Positions 50,525 through 61,455 are shown, counted from the stretch's first letter. The stretch: DNA of 64,000 nucleotides from Macrostomum lignano (GCA_002269645.1 NIVC01000529.1:170213-234212), one strand, 5' to 3'. Notes: generated from the sequence alone by a model not told the origin. A program made the numbers and translations.

Positions 50525-53500
50525 ATGCAGGATCCTACAACATGTTCTAGGCGAAGAGCAGGTGAAGGAGCAGGTGAGTTTTGCCACTCTGTTAATGTAA
50601 AAAATCAATTATTTTCTTACCAATATTTGAAGTGGAAAAATTTTAAACCTTCAACTCGAAATGTGTAACTAATTCAGTTTTAATTAATGCGTAATAACAC
50701 CCGCCCACCCCGAGTCCGTACACCAACCCTGACTCTGCACATCCCCGTCCTCGACTCTGCACACCCCCTCCTCGACTCTTCACACCCCTCCTCGACTCCG
50801 CACACCCCCTCCTCGACTCCGCACACCCCCTCCTCGACTCTGCACATCCCTTCTTCGACTCCGGACACCCCACCTCGACTCTGGACACCACACCTCGACT
50901 CTGGACACCCCACCTCGACTTCGCACACCTCTGCACACCTATATCGATTGTATACATCCAAAAACACCCTCCTCGATTCTGAATACAGACATCGATTATT
51001 ATGAATAGCTAATTGAGCTGGATTTATAAGAATCATGAGACTCTCAGTTTATGTTTCTCGATTTTCACTATCTTATCTCTCGATTTTATTTTTAGGGTCT
51101 TCATGTGTTATCTCCTTGGTGAACAGTGCCCACGATGATGTACTGCAGATTCATCGCTTCGCCCCAACAGCTGACATTGATCCATTCGAGTTTCTAGACC
51201 TGGTCAAACATGCGGTTCTGCAGTATCTCGAAGTTCGTCTTGACTCCTTTGACAACTGTTCGCTAAGAGCACAAATTAAGCTAAACGTGCGCATGATTCG
51301 GGTGCAGGCAGCAGAAGCAGTCAATGTTGAAAACAAATGGATGAGTACAAATCTTTGTATGCTGGTTGATGTGCAGGAATTTGATGACTGGTGGAGGCAG
51401 CAATTTGCAGAGTTAGAGCAGAGAGTAGACGTGTACAACGCTAATGGCAGTGGATGGGCCATTGACAAAATAAATTTCTTCGACCTTTGCTCTGCCCTCG
51501 CTGTTCGAACTCCCTACTATTCGGGGCATGCGGCTGGGTTTAGTTTGCCGACTGCGCTTTTTCAAAAGAAGGCCGTCATTTCTCCTCCTAGCAGCGGTGA
51601 AAATTGCTTTGTTTACGCGTGCCTTGCCTTTCTTCACAAAGATCACTGCCGTATTAAGAAGTCAGCTCAACGAGAATCCTCGTACACCGAATGGCTAGAT
51701 GAGATTAACATTACGGGACTGAGTCTGCCGATCAATTTGTACGATCTGTCTGCTGTCGAGGAATTAAATCCAACCCTTTGCTTCACTGTTTTCACCTGGG
51801 AGAATGAAGCTGCTGAAGTCCTCCGACAGCCAAGCGCAGCTACCATGAGAGGACGAACAGTTGTCCTGCTGATGTTTCTTCCACCATCCACGAACGAGAA
51901 CTCAGCTGGTGGTCATTGGTGTGCTGTCTCGAACATCAACAGATTGCTGAACAGTAAAGCCCACCTGTACCAGCGAAAGTGGTGTGAGCGATGTCTGCTG
52001 TCATTTCACACTAGCAAGGCGTTCGATGAGCACTGTGAAGATATCTGTGAGCCTGGTGGGATTTTTGTTCAGGAAGAACTTCCGGATGAAGATCACAATG
52101 TACTTCGGTTTACGGCGTGGGAAAAGACAATCAGCCCACCATTCATTGTGTACGCCGACTTCGAGGCATTGAATGCACCTCACACAGGGCAGCAGACTGA
52201 AGCTGGTTCGAGCACTGTAAAGCTGACAGAGCATGTTGCCGTTGCTGCTGGTTACTTGGTGGTGCACCGAGCAGGCCTCACAGGGTTATCACCTATAGGA
52301 GTCGACAATGATGTTAACATATTTGTGAGTGAAAATCCGAAAAAGTGTGTTTCTGACTTCTTGCAGTCCCTTGAACAGCTAGCTCGAGAGGTTTATGGCT
52401 GGAACACGGAGTTCAGTCATCAGACGGCTATTAGAACGGAGGCTGCAAAGCAACGCTTCCGCGACGCTATATCGTGTCACTACTGCGGAAGCGGCTTTGA
52501 TAGTGAAAGCGGAAAGCACTGGGATCATGATCACCTCAGTGGCGAATTCCGAGGTGCAGCCTGTGCTCAGTGCAACATGCAGGCTCGTCTAAAAAGGCGC
52601 TTTCTTCCTGTGGTTTTCCACAATCTAAAAGGCTATGACCTTCATCTCATTATGTCAACGGCTTTGGATCTCATGGATGGATGGAGGATTTCGGTTATTC
52701 CACAGAATCCTGAGCAGTTTGTTTCAATGAAAGTTGACTTCAAAATCGATGAGTACGAGAGGGGAGGAAAGACTAAGCCATTGTTCTTTACCATTCAATT
52801 CATTGATTCTAACCAATTTCTCAACGCCAGCTTGGCTCAGCTGATCAAGAACCTGCCAGAAGAAGAGTGCACCATCACTAGCCTGCTAAAAAGTAAGTTT
52901 CCACTGTTGTCTCCAGAAGTTTTATTCAGAAAATGCACTTTTCCGTACGACTACTTAACTAATTCAAATGTCCTTGAGGATACCGAGCTGCCAAGTAAAG
53001 AACAATTCTACAACGTTCTGACTAAAAGCCACTGCAGTGATGAGGATTACAGGCATGCACAGAAAGCATGGCATGAATTCCAAGTTAAAACGCTGAAAGA
53101 GTACATGCTATGCTACCTTGAGCTTGACATTCGGCAGCTCGCCGATGTCTTTGAAAATTTTCGCAAGCTCAGCCTTCGTGATGATGGCCTTGATCCGGTG
53201 CATTTCGTTTCAACCCCGGGATTATCTTTTGCTTCAGCACTGAAGTCTCTCAAATCCAGAATCGAGCTGATTACGGATTCGCAAATGTATGCAACATTCG
53301 AGCGCGGTATTCGCGGTGGCATGTCATTTGTGAACATACACAGAGTGTCAGCCAACTCTCCAGATATTAGAAAAAATTTGGAAGCAGCTGACAATCAGAC
53401 TATCTGCAATGACAATGATGATGATGATGATGACTGTCACGACGAGGGCGCTGATCAAGCTGTTCCTACCGAGCTTCTAGCAGTAGATGCTAACAACCTT

Positions 53501-54868
53501 TACGGTCAAGCTCTTACCATGAACTTACCTGCAAATGGATTTCGCTGGCTTTCCGAAGATGAGCTACAGCTGTGGACCGAGGATCGTATCCGAGGGCTCA
53601 AAATCTCAGATCCAATTGCTTATCTGCTCGATGTCGATCTTCTATATCCAGCAGAGATACATTCCACCACTGAAGATTTGCCTTTTGCACCAGAAAAAGA
53701 AGCACCAAAATTCAAAGAATTTCCTGCCTACATGCAACAGCTTTGGAGGCAGATTACTGGAGACAAAGCAGCCTATCGTTCGGCAGAAAAACTTCTGCTC
53801 ACCTGCCATGACAAGCAGAGTTATGTGCTTCATTCGGCTATCTTGGCATTCTACTTGAGCCATGGAATGAAAATCAAACGAATTAATCGAATGATTGAGT
53901 ACAAACAGGAGCCGATATTTGCTGACTATGTTAACATGAACAGCGTGAAAAGAGCTGCTGCGACAAACAGCTTCGAGAAAGACTACTACAAACTAAAAAA
54001 CAATGCGCTCTTCGGAAAAACAATGGAAAACGTGCGTAAGCGACGTGACATTCGGATTTGCACCAACACTGCAAAAGCAAAGGTGCTGGCTTCAAAACCA
54101 TCCATTAAGAACTTTATCATAATTACCGACTCACTGAGCATAATTGAATTCCAGAAGACTAAGGTCAAGCTTGATCGTCCGATTTTTATTGGCCAGTGTG
54201 TTCTTGACTATTCGAAGCTAATCATGTACGAGTTATTCTACGACAAATTGAAGCCTTGGCTTGAGCAAGAGGGTGCCCGTGTTCGGCTCTGTGGTGGAGA
54301 CACCGACTCGCTCTTTCTTTGCATTCAGAATATGGATGTGCAGTCGGAAGTTCTTCCACTGCTAAAAGCAAAGAAACTCCTTGACACTTCCAACTATTCA
54401 CCTGAGCACCCGCTGTTCTCAAATGAATTGAAAGCTCGCCTCGGTTGCATCAAGGACGAAGGAGCTGGAGCTCGCTATCTCGAATGGTTGCTTTTGAGAC
54501 CAAAGCTGTATTCCTTTCTCGCTAGCACTGCAACTGCTGAAAAGAAAAAAGCCAAAGGCATTCAAGGATGTGTTGTCAAGAAGGAGATTGCGCATAGTGA
54601 TTACTTGAGAGTCTTCAATGATCTGAGTAGCATGTCCGTCATCATCCACAGGATCGCTAGCATCCAACACAGGCTATTCACGCTGCAGCAGCGAAAGTGT
54701 GCCTTAAGCATTTGGGAGGACAAGCGCGCTTGGCTTGCACCGAACTACAGTCTCCCGTTTGGCCATTTTCAACTTCTTCATCCGGAGTCGTCGCAGCTGC
54801 AACAGCACGTGAATGCTACAGCCTCCCGAAAGCGGCGACGGGAAGAAGACTACGAATTTAATAAGTGA
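50525..54868 (+). CDS. Protein-primed family B DNA polymerase; predicted exons 50525-50573 + 51096-54868 (1273 aa)
   Basis: ExoI YADFE, ExoII HNLKGYD, PolA DANNLYG, PolB KLKNNALFGK, PolC GGDTDS, RPKLYS; EndoVII-like CHYC...DHDHLSGEFRGAACAQCN; vOTU-like NCF...GHW. The phase-1 donor CAG|GTGAGT (50573) matches the phase-1 acceptor TTTTTAG|GG (51095). Confidence 0.95.
50720..50985 (+). repeat. 21-22 bp minisatellite (CCTCGACTCTGCACACCCCT) inside the predicted pPolB intron
   Basis: Tandem units read directly. Confidence 0.9.
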
Positions 54869-55596
54869 CTGAGTATAACTTTTTATCACACGGCCTCTAC
54901 ACATTTTATTCTGAATATTTAGTCTTTGGTTTCTTCAAACATATACTCGCCTTTATCCGTTTAAATTATATGCTGTCTCAATTTTGCTATCTCAGATAGA
55001 AGAAGTTGCAGCAATTTGCCTCCCCTGTTTCACCGTAATTTTAGTGTCTTTTTGAACTTTTTGTCTGAAGTCTTAATGCTAGCTATTAATTTATTAGTAA
55101 TTTTATTTCAGTACCTTGTAACTGCACGATTTCTACTCGTAATATTAAATTGCAAAGTCAGTAAATTTAATGTATTGAAATTTTTATTGCTGAGTTTTAT
55201 GTTCATTTATTAATTTTTTAACATGATGCTAAAACATTTCTTTGCATTGCTTTTGTTGAAATTTCTTGCCTATACTAGTAATTTTGCGGTCCAGTTACAT
55301 GTATGAGTGTCAGTCGAGTTTGATTAATTAATTTCTTCATTCACGTGTATCAATCTAAGCAATTTCGCTTTTGGCAGAACCTTTTTGGAATGGGTTCTAT
55401 GCCCTTTTTCTGTTTTTGTGAGGGAGAGATCTGATTACGCGTTTTAGCTCCCAGTTTTCAATTATTCTATGCTCATTTCACCTTTAATTTTTTAGTTAAA
55501 ACTTATTTTTTAAAATAAAAATAAATAATTTAAAGATGCGGTTTTCCGTAATGAATTTACGCAAACATTCAAGAACAAACGGAACACACTTTTTGT

Positions 55597-56187
55597 TTAT
55601 TTTTGATAGGTGATAAACTGGCTGATTAAACTATGTAACGTAGAAAGGTCGAAGCGCAACATGCTCATAGATTTTGCTCCACTAAGAACAAAAGAACCAG
55701 TATGAAATAACAAGCATTTACAATAACGTAATGTATAAATTAGAGCAGAGAACGACTCGGGCTCATACTCAGCGTAAGACAGTATGCCAGAGGCAGCAAG
55801 ATTTGTGAGGGACAAAGCATTGCAGAAGTTAAATTTACCATGAGCAGTAATAGTTTTAATCCGAACACAAATGGCTTGAGGAGGCAGCAGTTGAGCTGGC
55901 ACTCTCCGATGCAGCATAGCCACGAAGCGACGGGCAGCCCTTTTGGCGTCTGCGTGGGTCTTGGCACCGCAGATGCTCAGTTGCCCAGTAGGGTAGAGTA
56001 GCAGAGTCACTCTGGGACTTCGCATCCGCTTGATGAGCACCCGGGGCCAGACGGGCCGGTAGATCACATGAGCCATGCTGAGAGCCAGTTCCCGTAGAGG
56101 TAGCTGAGCGCCCCTGCCACCATCCAGCCTCAGATCTACTCCGCCAACCAGATTGCTCACTCTTAGGGCTGTAGCTGGTGGGCTCAT
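55597..56187 (-). CDS. TATA-binding protein (TBP)-like protein encoded by the Maverick, 196 aa from ATG 56187
   Basis: Both TBP repeats: VSNLVGGVDL...LPLRELAL..AHVIYRP..PRVLIKRMRSPRVTLLLYPTGQLSICGAKT..DAKRAARRF, and IKTITAHG...AEYEPESFSALIYTL..CKCLLFHTGSFVLSGAKS. Confidence 0.9.
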   Translation of the reverse strand: MSPPATALRVSNLVGGVDLRLDGGRGAQLPLRELALSMAHVIYRPVWPRVLIKRMRSPRVTLLLYPTGQLSICGAKTHADAKRAARRFVAMLHRRVPAQLLPPQAICVRIKTITAHGKFNFCNALSLTNLAASGILSYAEYEPESFSALIYTLRYCKCLLFHTGSFVLSGAKSMSMLRFDLSTLHSLISQFITYQK

Positions 56188-56707
56188 TTCGATCGTCAAC
56201 TTCTTCACCAAATCTGCTTCTGCCAACTTTACTGCTCGTGTGCCACGGACACTGCTCGCTTCTTAAGTTGATGCAGAACTTTGGCTTAAGCCAACTGTAG
56301 TGCAGCAACGAATTTCTCACTGCACAGCCAGTATCTGAATCTTCAGTCGAGGGTGCTCCCAAATCTTCTAGGTTATAAACCTGTCTACCAAGCAGCTCAG
56401 TCAGGAAAATAGACTTCCTTTCCCCATTTGTCCAGATCGGACCACTGGCAATCCTCAGAATGTCTTCCGCCAGTTCCATGTACGGACGGGTTCCATCATT
56501 CCACTTAAACTGGTGCAGACTCTTTGATAGCTGTCTGTAGCAAACTCGCATGTCAGGTGAGACTCTCTCCCATGGATACGGAGGTGCGTACACATGGTGA
56601 GCAATTCGGTAGCTTCCCGCTCTGACTTGAACAACTGCCAACTCCTTCACAACAAATTTTTTGCTTGTGCTGTTGCACGGGAATCCTTGGAAGTCAATGT
56701 AGTTCAT
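55856..56707 (-). CDS. DEDD/DnaQ-like exonuclease-fold Maverick ORF (domain approx. 56280-56707); the tail overlaps the TBP-like ORF in another frame
   Basis: IDFQGF...FVVKELAVV...HHVYAPPYPW...HQFKWNDGTRPY...IWTNGERKSIFLTELL...VYNLEDLG...CAVRN pattern of the Polinton-associated DEDD-like family. Confidence 0.65.
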   Translation of the reverse strand: MNYIDFQGFPCNSTSKKFVVKELAVVQVRAGSYRIAHHVYAPPYPWERVSPDMRVCYRQLSKSLHQFKWNDGTRPYMELAEDILRIASGPIWTNGERKSIFLTELLGRQVYNLEDLGAPSTEDSDTGCAVRNSLLHYSWLKPKFCINLRSEQCPWHTSSKVGRSRFGEEVDDRNEPTSYSPKSEQSGWRSRSEAGWWQGRSATSTGTGSQHGSCDLPARLAPGAHQADAKSQSDSATLPYWATEHLRCQDPRRRQKGCPSLRGYAASESASSTAASSSHLCSD

Positions 56708-56735
56708 GATGCAGCTTTCCCTCGAAATTTCGGAG

Positions 56736-57428
56736 TCAGTCCACCTTCTTATATACTTTTCTGCCAGGCAGTTTCAGCCAGGCTGTGTTGCTCCCGTACC
56801 CCTTGACTAGACTCTCCTGTTCTTTCTCCAGTTCACCCCCTCTGCTGGTTGCCATTTTCTTCTTAACTGATTTACCAACAGCAGAAAGCGGAACATTAAG
56901 CTTTTTCTGCTGCAGCAAATCGATGAACTCGTTCCACCCAACTGGTTCACGCTCACATGACGAATCCCTCACTGCGTGCTGAATCAAGTCCAGTATGTTT
57001 GAGGAAGGGATTGACGTGCCTGCGATTTCCACCTCTCCGTTTTCACAAACTCCAATCAGCTCTGGATTGGTGGACAGGATCGTCCATAGACTGCGAGCCC
57101 TGGTTTTGAATTTCTGTGGCACCGACTTGCTGATCTTCTCTTCCCAGGTGTTCATCTGGGGTGTCTCTATTTTCATCAACTTGGCTTCAGTATTTCGTGA
57201 TCCTTCTTTTCCAGCGTGCTTGCGCTTGGCCAGCAAACTTTGCATTGCACTTTGATACATGGCGGTTTTCACATCTTCTGGATAATCCTCGGCATACAAG
57301 ATATCATCGCATTTCTTCTGAGCCTGCTTCAAGTCAGCGTCAGTGCTAGTCTCATTTGGCTTCAAATTCTGCACTAACATCTCATACTCTGCTTTAGAAA
57401 TCAGAACCATTTCTGAAAATTTGTTCAT
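56736..57428 (-). CDS. Conserved Maverick core ORF of unknown function (PZ/PW-type), 230 aa
   Basis: ILYAEDYPEDVKTAMYQ...GEVEIAGTSIPSSNILDLI...PVGWNEFIDLL...NVPLS resembles a conserved Polinton ORF; the PZ versus PW label is not certain. Confidence 0.6.
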   Translation of the reverse strand: MNKFSEMVLISKAEYEMLVQNLKPNETSTDADLKQAQKKCDDILYAEDYPEDVKTAMYQSAMQSLLAKRKHAGKEGSRNTEAKLMKIETPQMNTWEEKISKSVPQKFKTRARSLWTILSTNPELIGVCENGEVEIAGTSIPSSNILDLIQHAVRDSSCEREPVGWNEFIDLLQQKKLNVPLSAVGKSVKKKMATSRGGELEKEQESLVKGYGSNTAWLKLPGRKVYKKVD

Positions 57429-57732
57429 TTTGCTTCTTTTTCTTTACCAGCTTAAGCAGAATCGGGAGTATTTTGATGAAGCCAGCCTTTAACAAGTCTA
57501 TCTTTCTTCTCTGCTGAGTAATTTTTCGAATTATCTCTTTTGACTTTGCAAGAACAGCTTTTTCATCGATCGAAAACGATAAATTGTTTTGTAAGAGATT
57601 ATGACAGGCCTCAACAAGAAAATAACGCACTTCTTTTGGACAATTTTTTATCAACAGCTGCTTGAAGCGCACGGTATATTTAGGTGACGCAAGAACCGCA
57701 AAAAGACTTGCATGTGAATCAAGCACTTCCAT
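57394..57732 (-). CDS. Small basic conserved Maverick ORF, 112 aa
   Basis: LAVL...KQLLIKNC...FLVEACHNLLQNNL...LAKSKEIIRKI...GFIKILPILL resembles the small Polinton ORF found next to the ATPase. Confidence 0.55.
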   Translation of the reverse strand: MEVLDSHASLFAVLASPKYTVRFKQLLIKNCPKEVRYFLVEACHNLLQNNLSFSIDEKAVLAKSKEIIRKITQQRRKIDLLKAGFIKILPILLKLVKKKKQNEQIFRNGSDF

Positions 57733-57774
57733 AGCGATGAAAACAATAGCCGATAAAAAACAAGCTTCACTTTC

Positions 57775-58422
57775 TTAAGCAAATACAAGATGGGGTCGCT
57801 GGTTGGGCAAAATTCTGGCCCGCACTCGCAGCTCATCGGGAGTTGATGGGTGAAAGTCTAGGAACAGGTAGGCTCCCCTGTTCTGCGCGGTCACGTGCTT
57901 GAACACTGACAGCAGAAAGCCGGGCTTCTCTGTAAAGCACTGCCTGCCCAGTGCTGCAATCTGCAGCTGGTCTCGGGGGTTTTTCAAGATAGCTAAGTAC
58001 ATTACATTCAAGCTCATTGTTCGCGACTCTTTTCCCTTGAAAAATATATTCTGAGTCAGCATCACCAAAAAGCACGGCAAGTGATGTGCGATTCCTGTGA
58101 AAAAATTTCGCATTGAAGCAGAATTTGAAGTTTCCTCTATTAAGTCATCGAAAACAACCAGGTCATTGGGCCTAAGTGCTGCCTCGATGTTGGTGGGGAA
58201 TCCCTGGCGCAGCTGCACACCTAGGCTGCTCAGTTCTGCATGGCCTGCCTGTGAGATCCCATAGTACCACAGAACTCTGCCAGGCTTCACATCAAACATG
58301 ACGTCTCTGTACTGGATCAGGTGTTTGACAAAGGTTGTTTTTCCTGCATTGGTGGGCCCGCAGACAATCATGCAGCTTCCCTGCCTGAGGCGGATATCGT
58401 AGCAAACTCGCTTTTCTCCCAT
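57775..58422 (-). CDS. A32-like DNA packaging ATPase, 215 aa
   Basis: Walker A GPTNAGKT, Walker B VVFDD, LTQNIF, SLNVMYLAILKNPRD, YLFLD. Confidence 0.95.
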   Translation of the reverse strand: MGEKRVCYDIRLRQGSCMIVCGPTNAGKTTFVKHLIQYRDVMFDVKPGRVLWYYGISQAGHAELSSLGVQLRQGFPTNIEAALRPNDLVVFDDLIEETSNSASMRNFFTGIAHHLPCFLVMLTQNIFFKGKESRTMSLNVMYLAILKNPRDQLQIAALGRQCFTEKPGFLLSVFKHVTAQNRGAYLFLDFHPSTPDELRVRARILPNQRPHLVFA

Positions 58423-58451
58423 GTCTAATGCATAAATATAGTTCTAGAAAA

Positions 58452-58961
58452 TCACGGACATCTTTTTCTTAAGTTGGCTTCAAACCTCTGTAAGATTCTA
58501 TCATTCAAATGATTTTTTTCATTAGAGTGCAAACTCTTTAAAATACCCTCAAATGACCGATTGATCAGCAACTTTTGATAAGCAAAATAGATGCAAAACA
58601 CTCCGCATTTATTAGAGTTAGCACATTGAAATCTGTTTATATTGCTTCGGAGATAAAAGCCAGTTGTTTTAATCTCTCGAAACAAATTATAAACCACAGA
58701 TAAAATTTCAGGTTCCCAGCCGAGGGAGTTGAACAGCTCAATGCAATTTCCTTGCCCAGCATAGCACACCACCCAATGACCAAATGAGCCATTGTGCTGT
58801 AGTAGGATAAACACAAACTTGTTTTCAAAGGGAATTGATCGATATTTTCTTTTTAGACTCAAAGACAATACATTTTTATAGCGTGAATGTAAAGTAATGA
58901 TGAAGAATTTTCGGCAAGACAAAAATTTTCTGGCGAGATGGAGTAGTTGAATTGCTTCCAT
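58452..58961 (-). CDS. Adenain-like (C5) maturation cysteine protease, 169 aa
   Basis: GHWVVCY (His), ELFNSLG (Asn where Asp is usual), FQCANSNKCGVFCIYF (Gln, Cys). Confidence 0.9.
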   Translation of the reverse strand: MEAIQLLHLARKFLSCRKFFIITLHSRYKNVLSLSLKRKYRSIPFENKFVFILLQHNGSFGHWVVCYAGQGNCIELFNSLGWEPEILSVVYNLFREIKTTGFYLRSNINRFQCANSNKCGVFCIYFAYQKLLINRSFEGILKSLHSNEKNHLNDRILQRFEANLRKRCP

Positions 58962-58966
58962 GCCAG

Positions 58967-60247
58967 TTAAGAGGAATAGTCCAGCAAAAGCTCCCGGTGC
59001 TTGGTGACCTCAATCAGCGAGTCATACAGGCACAGAGCGATCAGGGACACCGTTTCGTCCAGAGCCTGTCGGAAGCGAATCTCCAACCGCAGGTTGCCCT
59101 CCTTCTGTCCGTACCACAGAGCCGCTCCCTCTGGTGTGAGATCGAATGCAAACACCGTGCTGTTGTTGGAGAAGAGCTGGTAAGGGATCCACGGAACCGA
59201 GTTCGTGTGGCTTGCAGATTGACAGCTTTTCAGGTAGTGTAAGTATTCTCTTACAAAGGAATTGTTTTCAGGTGTGAAGGCACCGTGCACACGGTTTCCC
59301 CACCTTTCTTTAGAGCCAACGGCTAAGGTTGAAGCTCTGGAACTGGAACGGGCTCGCGTGATGATGACCGTTGAATGCACGGTGGCTCACGAAGGCCAGC
59401 ATGATGAACTTCGGCAATTTTCCATGAGTGAATCCTTCAATGTTTTTAGATTGAATGCCCTGGGGTAGGATGAAGTTCTGCATTTCAGTTCGCTCGATGG
59501 GATACAGTGCATTTTGGTTTGTCAACCCCTGCTCGTGGGCCAGGCTGATGTGGGGCACCACTTTGACTCGGCGAAGATGCAAAATGCAGTGAGAGATTTC
59601 CATGCGGTATGCCGCGTTGTTTGCATTCGGGCTTCTGATGGCAAAGGCCCCATCGCTGGGCACCAGTTTGATGTGCAAGTGCAGATTGTTTAGCAGAAAC
59701 ACTGGGCATTGGAAAACATCGCTGAAGAGCGGTCCCGCATACTCCATCCATCGGGATTCCCTGTGGCTCTCCGTGTGCTTTCAGCTGCCGAGTTCGGCTC
59801 CAGGAAGCCAGCAGGGTAAAGTTTTAGTTGCTGGGCATCAGATGAGCTCATTAGTGCTTTGAAGTACGCATGGTAGGGATAGAGCTGGTCTCCACCAGAT
59901 ACCACTCGCTGGTTAATGCTCACAATTACATCTGAGAAGGCTGTAGACAAAACAAAGTTTTCTGGGTGCACGTCACTGTCTCTGCGCTCGGTGATGATGC
60001 CATCTCCATCTCGAACATCCTCCCTCAGCAAACCCCCATCCAGTCTCACAAGGCGGCAGCGAATATAAAGAAAAGAATTAAGCAAATCAGTGTATTCATC
60101 GGCAGATTGGTGGCAGTCAAATTCAATGGGGGAGTTTGCAGTAATGGAATTTACTGGGTGAATATCAACATAAGTAGCTTTTTCAATGCAGGTTTGTAGA
60201 ACAGGCGTCTTAAATAAATCAAGTCTGGGATTGAATCCGTAAGCCAT
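58967..60247 (-). pseudogene. Major capsid protein (double jelly-roll, PY), split by two frameshifts (approx. 59750-59800 and approx. 59320-59335)
   Basis: LDLFKTP.LQT.IEK..YVDIHP...PIEF; YPYHAYF; GPLFSDVFQ..FLLNN.LHIKL; YPIER; LPKFIMLAFV..AFNG...PFQF; VFAFDLTP...GNLRLEIRF, distributed over three ORFs. Confidence 0.9.
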
Positions 60248-60249
60248 GT

Positions 60250-60633
60250 CTATGACAGAGAGTCGAGCACGCGTTTCACAGTTTTCTTGCTGACTTTTCG
60301 CTTTCGCTTTCCTCCGCCTGCTGCATTCTTCTTTGCTTTCGTCTTCCTATTCTTAAGCTTTTTCCTACTAGCCTTGCTCGGATTTCTTTCATTGCACCTC
60401 TTATTGGTGCGATCTCTACCAGTTGCCTTTCGGGTGTACTTCTTCTTCAATCGTTTCGGACTTGCTTCAGTATTTCTTTTGCGCCTGACATTGCTATGCG
60501 TTGAGAATGATGATGTAGCCGCTGGGAGGCTGGTATGTCATGATCCCCGGAAAGCTCCCACAGCCATAGAGTGCAGGCTTTTCGTGTCCTGTCCTCACCC
60601 CGAATATTGCTGGATCAGCTGCTGGTAGTTCAT
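60250..60633 (-). pseudogene. Putative core/DNA-condensing protein with a Lys/Arg-rich tail, frameshifted
   Basis: ATG 60633 MNYQQLIQQYSG; FPGIMTYQ in a second frame; KKKYTRK...RKKLKNRKTKAKK..GGGKRKRK tail in a third frame with no ATG of its own. Confidence 0.4.
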
Positions 60634-61455
60634 TGAATGCGTTTCTCCGAATCTGAACTGTGAGCAGAACAGGGCTGAGTGTCTGGGCAATCAGTGGGCA
60701 ACCATAGATGTCACGCAGCTGAACTCGAATGCTGTGAAGAAGACTGATTCGTTGAATCGGGAAGAATATTGTTTTCTTAAATATTTTTGTTTGATAGTTG
60801 CCCCATTCAATGCCGGCTTTCATTCCAACTGTTCTCAACAGGGAGCCCAAGTTGCAATTAGTTGACTCAACGATACTGCAGTGCACATTGATTAAGCTGG
60901 TGCGCGGCAGCCAATGCAGTGCTCGGACACGCGGCTCCCTGGCTGGATTTTCACAGCCTGGTTTCCAAATCCCAGCCAATGCAGAATTTTGCTGGATGGG
61001 AGAAACATCTCTGCTCTCGCAGTGTTGTTGTGCACCACAGTTCGTGAGTTGCGGATTTCGAACTTCATACCGAATTCCCTGTTGCCACTACGCCCCATCA
61101 GGCCGGACTCATCAGCCTCCATCTCAGACTCCCTGTCACTCATTGCATCAAAGAATAGCGAATCAGAGTTGGCCAGCAGCTGATTCAAACGCTCCACCAG
61201 CTCCTCCACTCTAGCAAAGCGTCCGGGTTGAAGAACCAGGGCCTCATGCTCTCTTCCATCTGAGACAGTGAAGCAGTAAGGCTCGTCAACATTGAACCAT
61301 GCAGCAGGCAGATGGATTTCAGCCAGACCTGCCTCATAGTCCACATTTCGATCCAAGTAAATAGGTGAAGGCAGGTAAAAATTAAAGTCACTAGGAGTAC
61401 CTTCAGCATGCTCACTGTTAATCAAAATAGTTCGCATTATAATGTTAAACCTCAT
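60634..61455 (-). pseudogene. Minor capsid protein/penton (PX), one frameshift near 60920
   Basis: SDFNFYLPSPIYL...YEAGLAEIHLP..WFNV; WLGF; then INVHCSIVE...LLRTV...FFPI...SIRVQLRDIYG...TVQIRR in the next frame (3' end approximate). Confidence 0.8.

Noticed and set aside
51035-51095. Signal-peptide-like N-terminus on pPolB
   Set aside because: Better explained as the polypyrimidine tract of an intron acceptor.
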